Assembly: GCA_051362555.1 (NCBI GenBank)
Contig: CM120640.1
Location: 30,647,967 to 30,711,966 of the forward strand
Length of the DNA stretch: 64,000 nt
Reading direction: 5' to 3'
From: Lingula anatina
Taxonomy: Eukaryota > Animalia > Brachiopoda
Shown here: positions 51,201 through 64,000 of the stretch, piece by piece
How positions within the stretch are numbered: the stretch's first letter is position 1
Layout: every line of letters starts with the position of its first letter
Program-made: the position numbers and the translations under genes
The notes under the pieces: generated by a model
What the model was told of the DNA's origin: nothing
The model's database searches: none
What the model saw: only the letters and a program-made list of their open reading frames with translations

Positions 51201-52439
51201 GAATGCATGGTCATCAGTTTAAAACTTGCTTTATTGTATTGAAATATGTTCTATACTATCGTAGTGTCAAGTTTGTCTCACGTGACATGTAAAATGGAAC
51301 TATTTGTGGTATTCTTCAGCAAGACGGCAGGGGATGACTTTCTAGTTTTAGATGGGAATTAAGTACGCAAAAATACACAAATTTTATGTCGGTTTAAAGC
51401 AAAATATTTTTCTATAATATTCAGAATTCTGTAATATTGGGTTTCACCTAAATTACCAAGGGACACATTACCGAAATCGCTGATAAATTCTACAAGTCCG
51501 TTGTCGAATTCTTAATTTCTCTTTTTACCAGCGTGAGTGTCTTCTTCAGTCCGATTCTCAAAACTGACTGAAATCTAGAATATATATATATAAATAATAT
51601 ATATATATATATATATCGACTGACGCTCATTGTGTGTCTCTCTGTTAATGTTCAGGTGAGAAAAAAGGATTGTCTCTTGAAATTTGCTGTCTTGTTGAGT
51701 AAGAGATGTCATTTTACGAATCAAGATCAATTATTTTGTGTCACAAGTGAAGTATGTAGAATAAAGAAATTTCCATTTGAGAAAAATTTCCATTTGAGAA
51801 ATATCCCTTCTTGAAAAGCTGATTTCGTACATGTAAATGCCCTTCATATGATGGAGAAGAAACTACTTTCGTGTTTTACTTATCTCTGAACGTATAGTTC
51901 TTACAATGTAAAATATGACACGTTTTATCATGAAAAATAACTGATATTTTTGCCATTAATCTGTTAAACAAATCCATGTTCCGCGTAAAGATGAAGGGAC
52001 CATTTATGTGATTGAAAATTATTTCATTTTTCAAATTTAATTGTTTTAAGCAATTTTCTCTAACCAGCATCTTTCCTTCTATTGACCAGATGATGCAGAA
52101 ATTAGGGATATTTTTTCGTCTTTTGTTTTTGTCATTAAGAAAAAACATAAGACCATTAGTGTGGTAGATAGTTTATTTGTCAAGTCAAATATATAAGAAT
52201 GTTATATTTTTACACTTGTTGAATTTAAATACAGACATAGTAATATTATACTATAATATCATAATATTCTTTTAGTTACTAGAACGCTTTTTAACTTGTA
52301 GTAATAAAAAGACTGAAGACAATGATATTTTACAGATATGTCTTATAAACAATCGAATACTGAGTACATAAGAGCAATCTGTATTTCTCTGAATAAAAAA
52401 CTTATTAAATATACCAAACGTCATAGTGTTTTTACTGAT

Positions 52440-52812
52440 GGCTACATGACTCAGTGGTAGCCTGGGGTTGGGGTTCGATTCCTGGCTCGGGCACTTTGGA
52501 ATTACAAAGGGAGTGCTATCAAAATTTTCCTTTGGTTACTATAAGAAGAAAGTCTACCCGGGGAGGGTGGGTGGGAACAGTTAGAGGAGTAGGTAACGCG
52601 CTTGCCTCTCAGACAGAAGGTCGCCAGTTCGATTCCTGGCGCTTCTAGGTCCCAGCAAATTACCTTTTGCAAAAATAAACTCAAGTAAACAATTTAGACT
52701 ACTACAAGAGGGTCATACGAATAAGGAAAAGCAAGTTGAGGCAGTGGCTCAATAGGTAAGGCGACAGACGAAGAAGACGACTGACTAAGTTGATAACCAA
52801 AGGTTCGAGTTG
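52440..52812 (+). mobile_element. tRNA-derived SINE heads / tRNA pseudogene fragments (three)
   Basis: A-box/B-box pairs: tgactcagtggtag..ggttcgattcc (52449-52482); tRNA-shaped 52574-52646 with T-arm gccag-ttcgatt-cctggc; tggctcaatagg..ggttcgagt (52747-52810). Confidence 0.45.
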
Positions 52813-54811
52813 AGCTGAAGAAAAGAGTCGGGAATGATGATGTGACATTTTACAAATTTTGAAACTACATCTATTACAGCTTTTATGTACGTTTATTAAA
52901 ACAAATGCAAGCAATTCCACAATACAGATCTATGCAAAACCCATACATTACGTTTTGGCTCTACATAAAAAGTAATTTTCATAACGACTTCGCATTTCGA
53001 GATGTAAATCAAGCTTAAATACAACTATCTACAACTAAATGTGTCGGAGGTTCTATGCATTTTGAAAATTGTCGTTTAAGAACAATTGTTTTGGTTTTTT
53101 AACAAGTGTCCAAGAACACTGCATACGAGACCACATAGTACTGACCAGAACAAGAAATTATCAGGTTTTTTGCTGCGACTTAAAAGAGAAAGTTGAAGAT
53201 TTGAAGTGAAGTATTTTACAGCCATTGACATTGGTGTATTCGTCTTTTGACTGATCCAAAATTTCAACGAGGGACATTTTTATCCAAATTCAAAGGTGGT
53301 ATCAAATTGAAAATTCAAAATGCATATGATCTCACGTAAGCGTTACCCCCACACGCGGGTACACACTCATGACACCACAACTTCCTCTATGTCGCCATGC
53401 TGATGATCACACACAACACCAAACAGCAGTCAAACATTATTCAATTATGTAAATTTGATGAGTGCTTTTCTCATAGATAAATAAATATGTACCTCATATT
53501 TTGCGTCATCTTTAGGATTTTGCTGGCATTTCGAGTGAACACTTAAATTTATGCGTCGTGCAAATCAAGAACAGCATGAAGACATGGTCAGTTTACAACC
53601 TTATCCCAGTCATGGTCATTTTAAGAACAATATGTAAACAAAATTGAAAAGGTTATGCAAAAACAAGTCTAGTTTACTCAAAATAACAAATCACATTTAC
53701 TCAGAAAATGCTAATAAACTCAAAGATCTCTGGTGTTCAGTGATCAAAAAACACTCAGTAAAAATAACCCAACAGCATGTGCAGGACTGGCACCTAATCA
53801 GGCCTTTTGTTCTCAATCACCCCTTGATCCCGACTGAATTATAGAATTAAGAATGTGCCAAGTACAAGATCAACATTAAATAAAACGCTGACCTTCCAAT
53901 TTTGTGTAAAACTTACTCTAGCCAATCAAAGTGTCATTTTTCTGATAGTATTTTGATTTTTCATATTTGATTAGACAAAAAAATCACAAAAGAAAAGATT
54001 TTTAGACGATAAGTCAGTTAATTGGCAATTAACAGAAAAAAATCATGTTTTAGAGGATTGACAAAAGTTGAGTCTACAAAAGTTCGTTTAATTACTAGGA
54101 AATACCCATTACCCCCAAAACAGAGCTTGTAGTTTTTGATACGAGTTTGATAAGGATTTTTCAAAATTTCAAGTTGTAAAAGATGCGATAAATGCCAGTC
54201 CTACATATACATTTTAATTGACAAAAGACGCAAAAGGAAACACTTCCTACTATTCACCGTTTCTCTTTGTGAACAGTTCCGCTATGTAATGAAGGTAAAA
54301 GTTAATTGTCCTTTTTTAACAACAAAAACTTATCAATTTCGAAAGGAAAAACTAACTCGACCCCTGGTTTGATTTTCTGAAAACAAAAACATCTTTACCC
54401 CCTCCCAGCAATAAAACTATGGGTCTATCACTGATCAGACATACTACTAGTATATCAAAACACCGGGATCCAAAAGAAGTTTATTCTTACCATGCGTCAT
54501 AACCGCATATTCACAATTCTAGAAAGACCCTATAAAGACGTTTTAATACGTGTGGGCAATTCTGCCAAAACTTGAGCACATTTTACAATTTTATACTGCC
54601 GTTAATTCTTAATTGCATAATTTGGATCACAACGTTTACAATTTATTGTAGATTTTTTCATTGAACCCATAATAAAATGCCTGTATGCATTTTACGTAAT
54701 GAAGTTGCGACTATTTTTTTCTAAAGTTAGCTTCATTAAAATCAATATTTGTATCCAATTTAATATGAATAAACGTGCATTTTCGTGTCTTCTTACCTAG
54801 TTGCCCACACA

Positions 54812-55294
54812 CAGGGCCGTAGCCTCCGGGGGGGGGGGGGGGGGGGGGGCAGGGGGGGGCGGGGGGGGGGGGCAGCTGCCCCCCCCTGGGATTTGAGGTG
54901 CAAAAAAATAATCGCAAAGGTGAATAAAAATAATTGCAAAGTTGGTATCAATTCTGTGAGAAAATGCGCTGATGGCCACTAGACAATCATTCAACAATCT
55001 GTTTACAAAGGTGTACTGTTTTTAGACAATCTACGAAATGAAGTACAATTGGCATGTTGTGTTGAAAAAATGACTGTACCTATGGCAAAATGAACCCACA
55101 ATTTCTGACTTCTGATTTAGCAATAAATAACAGTTATAATGCACCAGAATTCAGTATTATACATACAGTTTTTTAAAAATTTCCACGCTGTGGGAGGGGG
55201 ACCCCCCCCCACACACACCCTCCCCCCTCGGGGGCTTCGCCCCCTTGTGTCCGCTTACTGCCCCCCCTGGCATTTTGCTCAGACTACGGCCCTG
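54812..55294 (+). mobile_element. CAGG-ended MITE, copy 1 (5-bp TSD, hAT5-like?)
   Basis: TIR cagggccgtag / ctacggccctg; flanks acaca/actca; highly similar and colinear with 58467-58943. Confidence 0.8.
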
Positions 55295-57640
55295 ACTCAC
55301 ACAAAATTTTACAATGAAATATTAAACCGGTAGTACTAGCACAGTGCTCTACCTGCACATCACTTGATGATAATTTTACAACAATTAATTTTATTTTCAT
55401 AGATCACTTAAGCAAGTCATTTTTTGTTTAAGGATAACTTCAAAAGTGTCGTTTCAGGTTCGGGAACTGGTGGGCATGAACAAAAAATAAATAAATCACA
55501 ATGAAAACATCGTGTGCGGATAGAGTACTGTACTACAACTTATTTACACATGTATAATAATAAGCGAGCGACGTGCAGGGTTGACGCTTGGATTTAGTCA
55601 ATTTTATTAGAAGTTTCATGAATAAAACATTTGTTGCACGCTGCACTTCATTCGATACACGTTTTGATGCAGAAAATTACAATCCAAAGCAAACATTGCA
55701 TTTCAAACCAAATCAAATGTCAGCCCTGCAAGTTGACTATACGACAAACGCAAGACAACGTTGACATGGGTGCGGGCGCTGGCGAACACGAATCTGACGT
55801 CTTTTCTGGGAGTGCGTCTAATCTCAACGTAGACGGTTGTTACGAGACACTGAAATTAAATGAAAAATGAAATAAATTAAACAAAATCCATGTGAGAGAA
55901 AAATTATCTAGTGAAATACAATCTTCATACCGACCCTTTTTGGTATGTATTAAGAGATATAAAAGTCACATTATATATATATAAGAATAGATATATCCTC
56001 GGTATATTGAACCTACACGTTCTATACAATGACATCATTACTATTGCATACCCTGTACACACTGTTACACGTCAACATACTAATATTTATATTTATCTAT
56101 CTTTGCTAAGCCATATCCCTCCACAAGGAGTATTGTGATGGAGACTGCATATTTGCCCACATAGATAATTTTATCATAAAAACAGAAAACCGGCCGTAAA
56201 ATCACGCTGCTCTGTATACCAACTATTACAAAAGATAATGATGTTTGGACTTTATATAAAGATGTTTGGACTTTATATATTTGCGGAATTAAAAGTAGAT
56301 AAATGTTAACATTTTACAGAAAGCCTAGTTTTGATAAAGATAACTCTGGATTTTGTAAATGCGGGGATCAGGGTTACAATGTAGTAATATAAAATTGTTT
56401 CAGTTCCGTAGGATAACATAAAACACTGGTCAATGACAATTAACATGTTGTTTATAGGGCACAAGGATGCAGAAAGTGTTTGGTTTTTGTCTTGTTTTAT
56501 TTATGCATTATATTGCTTATTTTGTGAGTAGTCTGACATAAATTCAGCATTTTATTGCTACATGTGCTTATTAAAACCACTTCGCTTTTATAGACAGAAA
56601 AAGAATGATTTTACCAATTACTTGATTCCAATTCAGCCACTTAATTAATTTTGTAATCCAAACACTAGAATTTTAGCTCTATTTCTTTTAAAATCAGATA
56701 CTTTGTTCGAGCATTTTATTCCCGATTGTAAAATCAAGGATGGAATGAAATTGAATCATGAAAATTGAAGTCAAGGGAGGTCGACAGTGTCTAGCAAATG
56801 TACGTTTGCTTTCCTGGTCGAGGTTAGTTCTCTAGAAAACCACTGGTTTGTTGTCAGTTTACTTTAATAAACAGGATAATTTTGTACAAACCGCTGTCGT
56901 AAGATAAAAAAAGGCACCCATTGGGAGCTGAGAATGCACCGATAGTTACCTGCTTTGTCGCCTTGCTTTGTTTAAGACGTAATAGCGCGTTCAGACCTTT
57001 GGACGGCTGGGATAATCTTTTCACTTCTTTATGAGCAAATACTTTTTTTCTGGAAAAGGCAACATAAAAAGTTATTTAACTTTTCAAGCTCATTTCGGCA
57101 TTCATGTCAATGAAATATACCCAAGAACAATTACCCCTGAAGTGGGAAATGCATACTTTTTGACAAAATATCGTCAACATAAACCGATCAGTGTTGCCTT
57201 ATGTCATCTATACAGTACTTACAACAAACTATATCAGTTCTCAGTGCCAAAATTTCAGTTTACGTGTGGAAATTGTGACAATGTGGCATATAAAGCTTCT
57301 TCCTCTTCCTCCTGACCTTGGCCCTTTCTGAATACCTCTCACCAAATGCTCACCTGGTTACATAACAGTATCACTGTCGTGGGATTGTGTTAGAGAAGAC
57401 ACATTGTTGTTTTCCCTCAATCTAAAACGCTACCATCAGGTTATTATACAAACAAGCCATTTTGTTTTGCCTATAGACTTTCATCCCAAATGAATGAGGT
57501 TATTTCCAATTAAAACATGAATGAGACTGTTTTAAAACTAGAAGAATTACAAGGCACAAAACCATAGACATAAATATTTTGCACTCTGAACTTGACCAAA
57601 CGATTACCAAATCAACAGAGTGCCTAGGAGGCAGAATATA

Positions 57641-57942
57641 AGGCGCCATTCAGAATATATGATCCCAGTACTATCTGATCCGCCGACTAAATATGGCCGA
57701 CCACACTTCAAAGGTTCTAGAGATGTCGCTGATTCCTAATGACCTCCCCGCCTCTACAAGCACCATGAAATGGATCAAATCTTGGCTCCGAGGTTTAATT
57801 GCTAGGCTCCTGCAGCGACGGCGCATGTGGAGGCGGGGAGACCATCCAGAAACAGCGGCACCTCTTTTGAAGTGTGGTCGGCCATATTAACTGAAGTCAG
57901 CGGATCAGTTAGTACTCGAATCATCTGTTTTGAATGGGGCCT
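57641..57942. mobile_element. Harbinger-like MITE with long imperfect TIRs
   Basis: aggcgccattca..atatggccgaccacacttcaaa / tttgaagtgtggtcggccatat..tgaatggggcct, TA flanks. Confidence 0.7.
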
Positions 57943-58466
57943 TAGTGAGGAGTGAGGTTAACCACTGAGAAAGTAACATTAACGCAGGAGGGGGGGGGGG
58001 TCGACGAAAAATTACGCGCATGGAACTGTGCATCAATTGAGTGGTGTCTCGGCCCTCGGATATAAACGGCGCAGCAAAGACGTTCTTGTTTGTCTGAATT
58101 TCATTGTGACACCTGTGATGATAAATGTTTATGTATCAATCTGTTTGAATGTAAAGTTTATATGCACAAACGCGAAAACGACTATGAGTTTTTGTTTTCA
58201 TCATCCATTACATCCAGCTATTTTTCTTTGTGAATACATTTTAATGAATTACAGGTTCTTAGCTCAGACGTCTCCTCAAGTTCACCTTGCCAGTTTTGTT
58301 AAATGCCGCTGCTAACGCGTTCCTGGAAAATGCTAACTTTTAGGTGACTTCCTTTTTAATCATAATCTCCAAACACCTTTTCATTTCAGAGCTTAATGAT
58401 TTTAGGTTATATTTGCTTTGCATTTTTACCTCTCTATATAAGGAGGAGTTCTTCCAGCTTTTCCTC

Positions 58467-58943
58467 CAGGGCCGTAGCCTCCGGGGGGGCAGGGGGGGGC
58501 AGCTGCCCCCCCTGGGATTTGAGGTGCAAAAAAAAAAAATAATAATAATAAATAATCGCAAAGGTAAAAAAAAAAAATAATTGCAAAGTTGGTATCAATT
58601 CTGTGAGAAAATACAGTCATGGCCACTAGACAATCATTCAACAATCTGTTTACAAAGGTGTACTGTTTTAGCCAACTCAGTTCATGCCGAAAAGTCCAGT
58701 TGGCATGTTGTGTTGAAAAAATGACTGTACTTATGGCAAAATGAACCCACAATTTCTGACTTCTGATTGAGCAATAAATAACAGTTAAAATGCACCAGAA
58801 TGCAGTATTATACATACAGTTTAAAAAATTTTTCCACACCATGGGAGGGGGACACCCCCTCCCACACCCTCCCTCCTCGGGGGCTTCGCCCCCTTGTTTC
58901 CGCTTACTGCCCCCCCTGGCATTTTGCTCAGGCTACGGCCCTG
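58467..58943 (+). mobile_element. CAGG-ended MITE, copy 2 (5-bp TSD)
   Basis: TIR cagggccgtagcct / aggctacggccctg; TSD tcctc on both sides. Confidence 0.85.
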
Positions 58944-59333
58944 TCCTCCAAATTCGTGGTTTGATATTTTGATATGAAAACCCAAAATTTAAAGTTGTTT
59001 TGCTAAAACAGAAGTAGAAGCAGTCTACAAGCGTCTGTCTCGGTAGATCTTAGTTATTTTATTTATATGTAAAATTTGGCTATGGCGTATTGTCAGATCA
59101 ATTTTACTTCTAGGTTCAAGTCAGAAGATCATATATTAATGCTGATTTCTCTTCAAAAACGAGCTAAAAATAGGTATGCCACCTGCCAAAATTAGTTCTT
59201 GAACAAAGTAACCATGGTAGATCGTAATTCATTATTTAAGTTACATGTAAAATATGGCCATAATTTATTGTCAGATCAGTTTTACTTCCAGGTTTAAGTA
59301 AGAAGATCATATAATATTGGTAATTTCTATTAA

Positions 59334-59918
59334 ACTAGACAGCAAAGCTGGCAAATATACAGACACCATACAGGAAACAAAGCAGCAAAGCTGACAAACG
59401 TTCAGACACTACACAGAAAAAAAAGTGCACCAAATAATATTTTGGCCAATTTTGATGCACTGCTACATAATACTTAAAAGCAGCATAATCACTCTTACCC
59501 TCTTACATTATTTACTACAGGTAACAGGGACATTGAAAAGCTACCAAATGATTCAGTTCCATGGGATATAAAAGCCACTGAAAATGCTAATATGTGAAAA
59601 ATAAAAAAATTCACACAAAAAAATAATAATTACCATAAATGTAAACAGATCTTGGCTATTTTCAAAGTAACCTGGCTCTTAACCAAACAAAGCCACTCAG
59701 TACATCTAGAGTAAAACAAAAATACAGTTCGGCAGTTATGGGGCAAACATCACAAAAATTGTGCAAAAAATTTAAAAAAAAGTAGAACCATAAATGTAAA
59801 CCAATCATGCTGATTTTCCAAACCAACCTGTCTCTTTACCAAACAAAGCCACTCAGTGAAATAAAAGTAAAACAAAAATACGCTTCAAGAATTATGGGTT
59901 GAATGCCACATAAACTGT

Positions 59919-59967
<49 letters not shown>

Positions 59968-60163
59968 ATAATTATCATAAATGTAAACCAACCATGGCGA
60001 TTTTCAAAAGCAACCTGCCTCTTTACCAAAAAAGCCACTCGGTTAATTAAAAGTAAAACAAAAATACGGTTTGAAAGTTATGGGGTGAACTTCAGCAACA
60101 ACGACGGCACAAACAAACAGACCAGTCAGAATATATACAGACATTTACAGTGTCTGTATATAA
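59334..60163 (-). mobile_element. HINE family D with ~170-190 bp internal repeats and poly(A)
   Basis: ctag + hairpin cagcaaagctg + tatacagaca at the left end; atatacagaca..tgtctgtatat hairpin at the right end; three internal units. Confidence 0.6.
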
Positions 60164-61030
60164 AAATGAGCTGCAAAAATAGATAGGCAATGCCACCTGC
60201 CAAAATTAGCCCTTGACTACACCTTACTAATGTATGTATCGTCTGTCATAGTAGATCTTAGGTATTAAATTTATATGTAAAATATGCTTATGACTTGTCA
60301 GATGACAATTACTGCTATGTTTATCAGGTACTTAATTGTTACTACAATGTTACACAAACAAAGAACATTCCAAGATTGAAAAAATGGTTAATTTACAAAG
60401 ATTTATTGTGAAACAAATTTTCCTTTGCTCAGTACAAAAACAATGTCTATTCATTAGAATTACATGTAGTTGGAATGAACAATATATGCAATTTACAGTT
60501 AAATTGAACACAAGCAATCATAGGGTACAAACAGATAACATCCAATTAATATCAAACAAATTTGAAAACCTACTGATGCAAACTGCCTTTCCCACCTGCT
60601 AGTGTAAATTAAGTAAGATCAAAGGAAATGTTTCAGTCCTTTGATACTAGTGGTTTGTTATATTCAGTCTCTGTTTATGCTGTCCTTGGTACAGTGATCA
60701 GTCTCAAAAGATTTCCAAACAGCAGTGGTTTATAGTTTATATCCAACACCTCAAACATATTGTTCATAATATCCTTTGCACTGGTATGATTAATAAAGAG
60801 TATTCAAATCCATTTCATAAACAAATTCCTTTCAACATTTACACTTTATCAAGGTCATAAATATACAGATAGGCATGTGCTGAATTGGATATATTTGCAG
60901 TAATTGTATCAATTATAGCTAGTATATGATAGGCCTCTATGATAGGCCTCTAAGCAGATATAAAGTAGATACTGGAACCACAATGCAAATGGCTGAATGC
61001 ACATATTACTGTTCAGAAGACATATCTTAC

Positions 61031-61190
61031 AAAGTTTGACTTTAACACTGATCCAAACTGTCTGCCACCCAAGTTATTTCTTCAGAACTTTCATTCCACC
61101 TTCTTACTGAAATACTACTACATTCTTTCCTTTCTTTGCCTCATACTATCTCTTGTACTTTGCTTGAGACTTTTCAACTTTCTTCTTGTA
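61031..61190 (-). pseudogene. Ginger/Gypsy-type integrase C-terminal exon remnant
   Basis: ttttcag acceptor, gtaag donor; YKKKVEKSQAKYKR*YEAKKGKNVVVFQ*EGGMKVLKK (cf. ..I.KAQ.RQK..YD.K......F..GD.VL upstream of the GPY/F motif). Confidence 0.55.
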
Positions 61191-61499
61191 CTGAAAATAT
61201 ATAGTTTATAGAAATTGTATTAAATAGGGTATGTTTCAGTATAAATGGGAGAAGCGAAGTTCAAGTTTTTGCCATATAAACTTATACTGTGCACAGAGCC
61301 AGCAGGATAAATGAAGTTAGCCCCAGAAATTACAATACTGAACCTGCTGCCATCACTATTCTGTTGACACATTTTAACAAAATTTTCTAAATGTTGCAAT
61401 ATTTTTATGAACAGATTACGTGTGACATCTTTTTTTTCTATAAAACTTGTGTGAAACCAAATATTGCTCAATGTAAGGGGCTACTCTTTAATCTTGCAT

Positions 61500-64000
61500 G
61501 GACCAAAATAAAATATAAAAAAAAAATTAATATTTCAATATTGCAATGTATTATTTACTCTGAAAGTAAACAGCAAATGTGATGATTTGAGGTTGTTTGT
61601 GTAAGAGGTTGCAAATTACCTTATTAATTAAAATAATTAAACATTAATAATTTTGTCAAATCTTGTCCAATATTTATGAAATTTGTACAAATGATGCTAA
61701 ACAACAATAAAAATCAGTGACAAGCTGATCAGTTGTCTGTGTCTAATGAAAAGTGTTTTTTTGGACAACATATTTGGGAAAACTGAAAATTACATTAAAA
61801 AGACTGGGAATTTGCAGACTTGAAATAGTTAAAAGTTAATAATTTTGTCTAATCTAGTCCAATATTTCTGAAATTTGTACAAATGATGCTTAACAACAAT
61901 AAAAATCTGTGATAAGCTGATCAATTGTCTGTGTCTAATGAAAAGTGTTTTTTTGGACAACATATTTGGGAAAACTGAAAATTACATTAAAAAGACTGGG
62001 AATTTGCAGACTTGAAATAGTTAAAAGTTAATAATTTTGTCTAATCTAGTCCAATATTTCTGAAATTTGTACAAATGATGCTTAACAACAATAAAAATCT
62101 GTGATAAGCTGATCAATTGTCTGTGTCTAATGAAAAATGTTTTTTGGGACAACATATTTGGGAAAACTGAAAATTACATTGAAAAGACTTGCAAATCCCA
62201 GGCCTTAAAATAGTTAAACATTAATAATTTTATCAAATCTTGTCCTATATTTCTGAAATTTATACAAATGATGCTTAACAACAATAAAAATCTGTGATAA
62301 GCTGATCAGTTGTCTGTTTCTAATGAAAAGTTTTTTTAAGGACAATATATTTGCAAAAAACAAAAATTATATTGAAAAGACTGGCAAATCCCAGGCCTTA
62401 AAATAGTTAAACGTTAAAAATTTTGTCAAATCTAGTCCAATATTTATGAAATTTGTACAAATGATGCTTAACAATAATAAAAATCTGTGATAAGCTGATC
62501 AGTTATCTGAGTCTTTTTTTTAAGTGTCAAGTGTATGGGAAATTGACCATGAGAAGAGTGAGAATTAACCAAAACAAATATTTCAATATTGCAATGTATT
62601 ATTTACTCTGAAAGTAAACAGCAAATGTGATGATTTGAGGTTGTTTGTGTAAGAGGTTGCAAATTACCTATAACTGTCATCTGGAAAACAATATATACCA
62701 TACAAGAGTTCTCCTTACTACCTCTGCAAGATGCAGATTAGTCCTTTCTGGAAGGGGTTGTTGTTATCACAATACTCAACAAGGCCCTAAATCTTGCCAA
62801 ATATCATGGAGAAGACACAGTGCTGCTCTTGGTGGTATCTTTCACTAACTGCTTTTTAAGCTTTTTCATGGTGAGGGTACTCTGAAACAAGAACAATATA
62901 ACTGAAAGGACTGAAAATTACATTTGAAAAGAAAGACAAATTCGGTGACTTAATTAAAATAATTAAACGTTAATAATTTTGTCAAATCTGGTCCAATATT
63001 TCTGAAATTTGTACAAATGATGCTTAACAACAATAAAAATCAGTGATAAGCTGATCAGTTGTCTGTGTCTAATGAAAAGTGTTTTTTTGGACAACATATT
63101 TGGGAAAACTGAAAATTACATTGAAAAGACTGGCAAAACCCAGACCTTAAAATAGTTAAACATTAATAATTTTGTCAAATCTTGTGGAATATTTCTGAAA
63201 TTTGTACAAATGATGCTTAACAATAATAAAAATCTGTGATAAGCTGATCAGTTGTCTGTTTCTAATAAAAAGTTTTTTTTAGGACAATATATTTGCGAAA
63301 ACCTAAAATTACATTGAAAAGACTGGCAAAACCCAGACCTTAAAATAGTTAAACATTAATAATTTTGTCAAATCTTGTGGAATATTTCTGAAATTTGTAC
63401 AAATGATGCTTAACAATAATAGAAATCTGTGATAAGCTGATCAGTTGTCTGTTTCTAATGAAAAGTTTTTTTTAGGACAATATATTTGCGAAAACCTAAA
63501 ATTACATTGAAAAGACTGGCAAATCCCAGGCCTTAAAATAGTTAAACGTTAAAAATTTTGTCAAATTTTGTCCTATATTTCTGAAATTTGTACAAATGAT
63601 GCTTAACAATAATAGAAATCTGTGATAAGCTGATCAGTTGTCTGTTTCTAATGAAAAGTTTTTTTTAGGACAATATATTTGCGAAAACCTAAAATTACAT
63701 TGAAAAGACTGGCAAATCCCAGGCCTTAAAATAGTTAAACGTTAATAATTTTGTCAAATTTTGTCCTATATTTCTGAAATTTGTACAAATAATGCTTAAC
63801 AACAATAAAAATCTGTGATAAGCTGATCAGTTGTCTGTTTCTAATGAAAAGTTTTTTTAAGGACAATATATTTGCAAAAAACAAAAATTATATTGAAAAG
63901 ACTGGCAAATCCCAGTCCTTAAAATAGTTAAACGTTAAAAATTTTGTCAAATCTAGTCCAATATTTATGAAATTTGTACAAATGATGCTTAACAATAATA
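61500..64000. repeat. ~192-bp tandem satellite (~10 monomers) with one exon-A copy (~62669-62881); runs off window end
   Basis: Period 192-193 bp (e.g. 61821 vs 62013; 63151 vs 63344). Confidence 0.9.

Noticed and set aside
52574-52646. Functional tRNA gene
   Set aside because: Acceptor and anticodon stems pair poorly; treated as a SINE head or pseudogene
48551-53360. Possible ~4.8-kb element with degenerate TIRs
   Set aside because: Inverted match too weak and no TSD or coding remnant found
54711-54997. Pro/Gly-rich ORFs
   Set aside because: Translations of poly-G tracts in a MITE

Overview
AT-rich eukaryotic DNA, most likely from a marine invertebrate (inference from repeat types; taxon not determinable). 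It is almost entirely repeats and transposon debris, with no intact host gene, rRNA or CRISPR array, and most ORFs in the supplied track are spurious. Reading splice signals on the minus strand reveals a hidden intron-rich gene system. (1) Three phase-compatible exons (27746-25770) encode the N-terminus and zinc-binding domain of a Ginger/GIN1-type integrase, and a separate C-terminal integrase exon lies at 61190-61031. (2) A four-exon Ulp1/C48 (SUMO-protease-like) domain at 4118-2558 is followed by a clean transmembrane exon. (3) Many amplified copies of Ulp1-like exons are embedded in a ~192-bp intronic satellite. Overlaid on this are Helentron-type non-autonomous elements (HINEs), a Gypsy pol remnant that has seeded a higher-order ~60-bp satellite, a solo LTR, a Tc1 nested in a hAT-like element with a 7-bp TSD, Kolobok- and Harbinger-like MITEs, CAGG-ended MITEs with 5-bp TSDs, LINE fragments, tRNA-derived SINE heads and a 29-bp palindromic micro-insertion with a 7-bp TSD. 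All family calls come from motif recognition by eye, not database searches.
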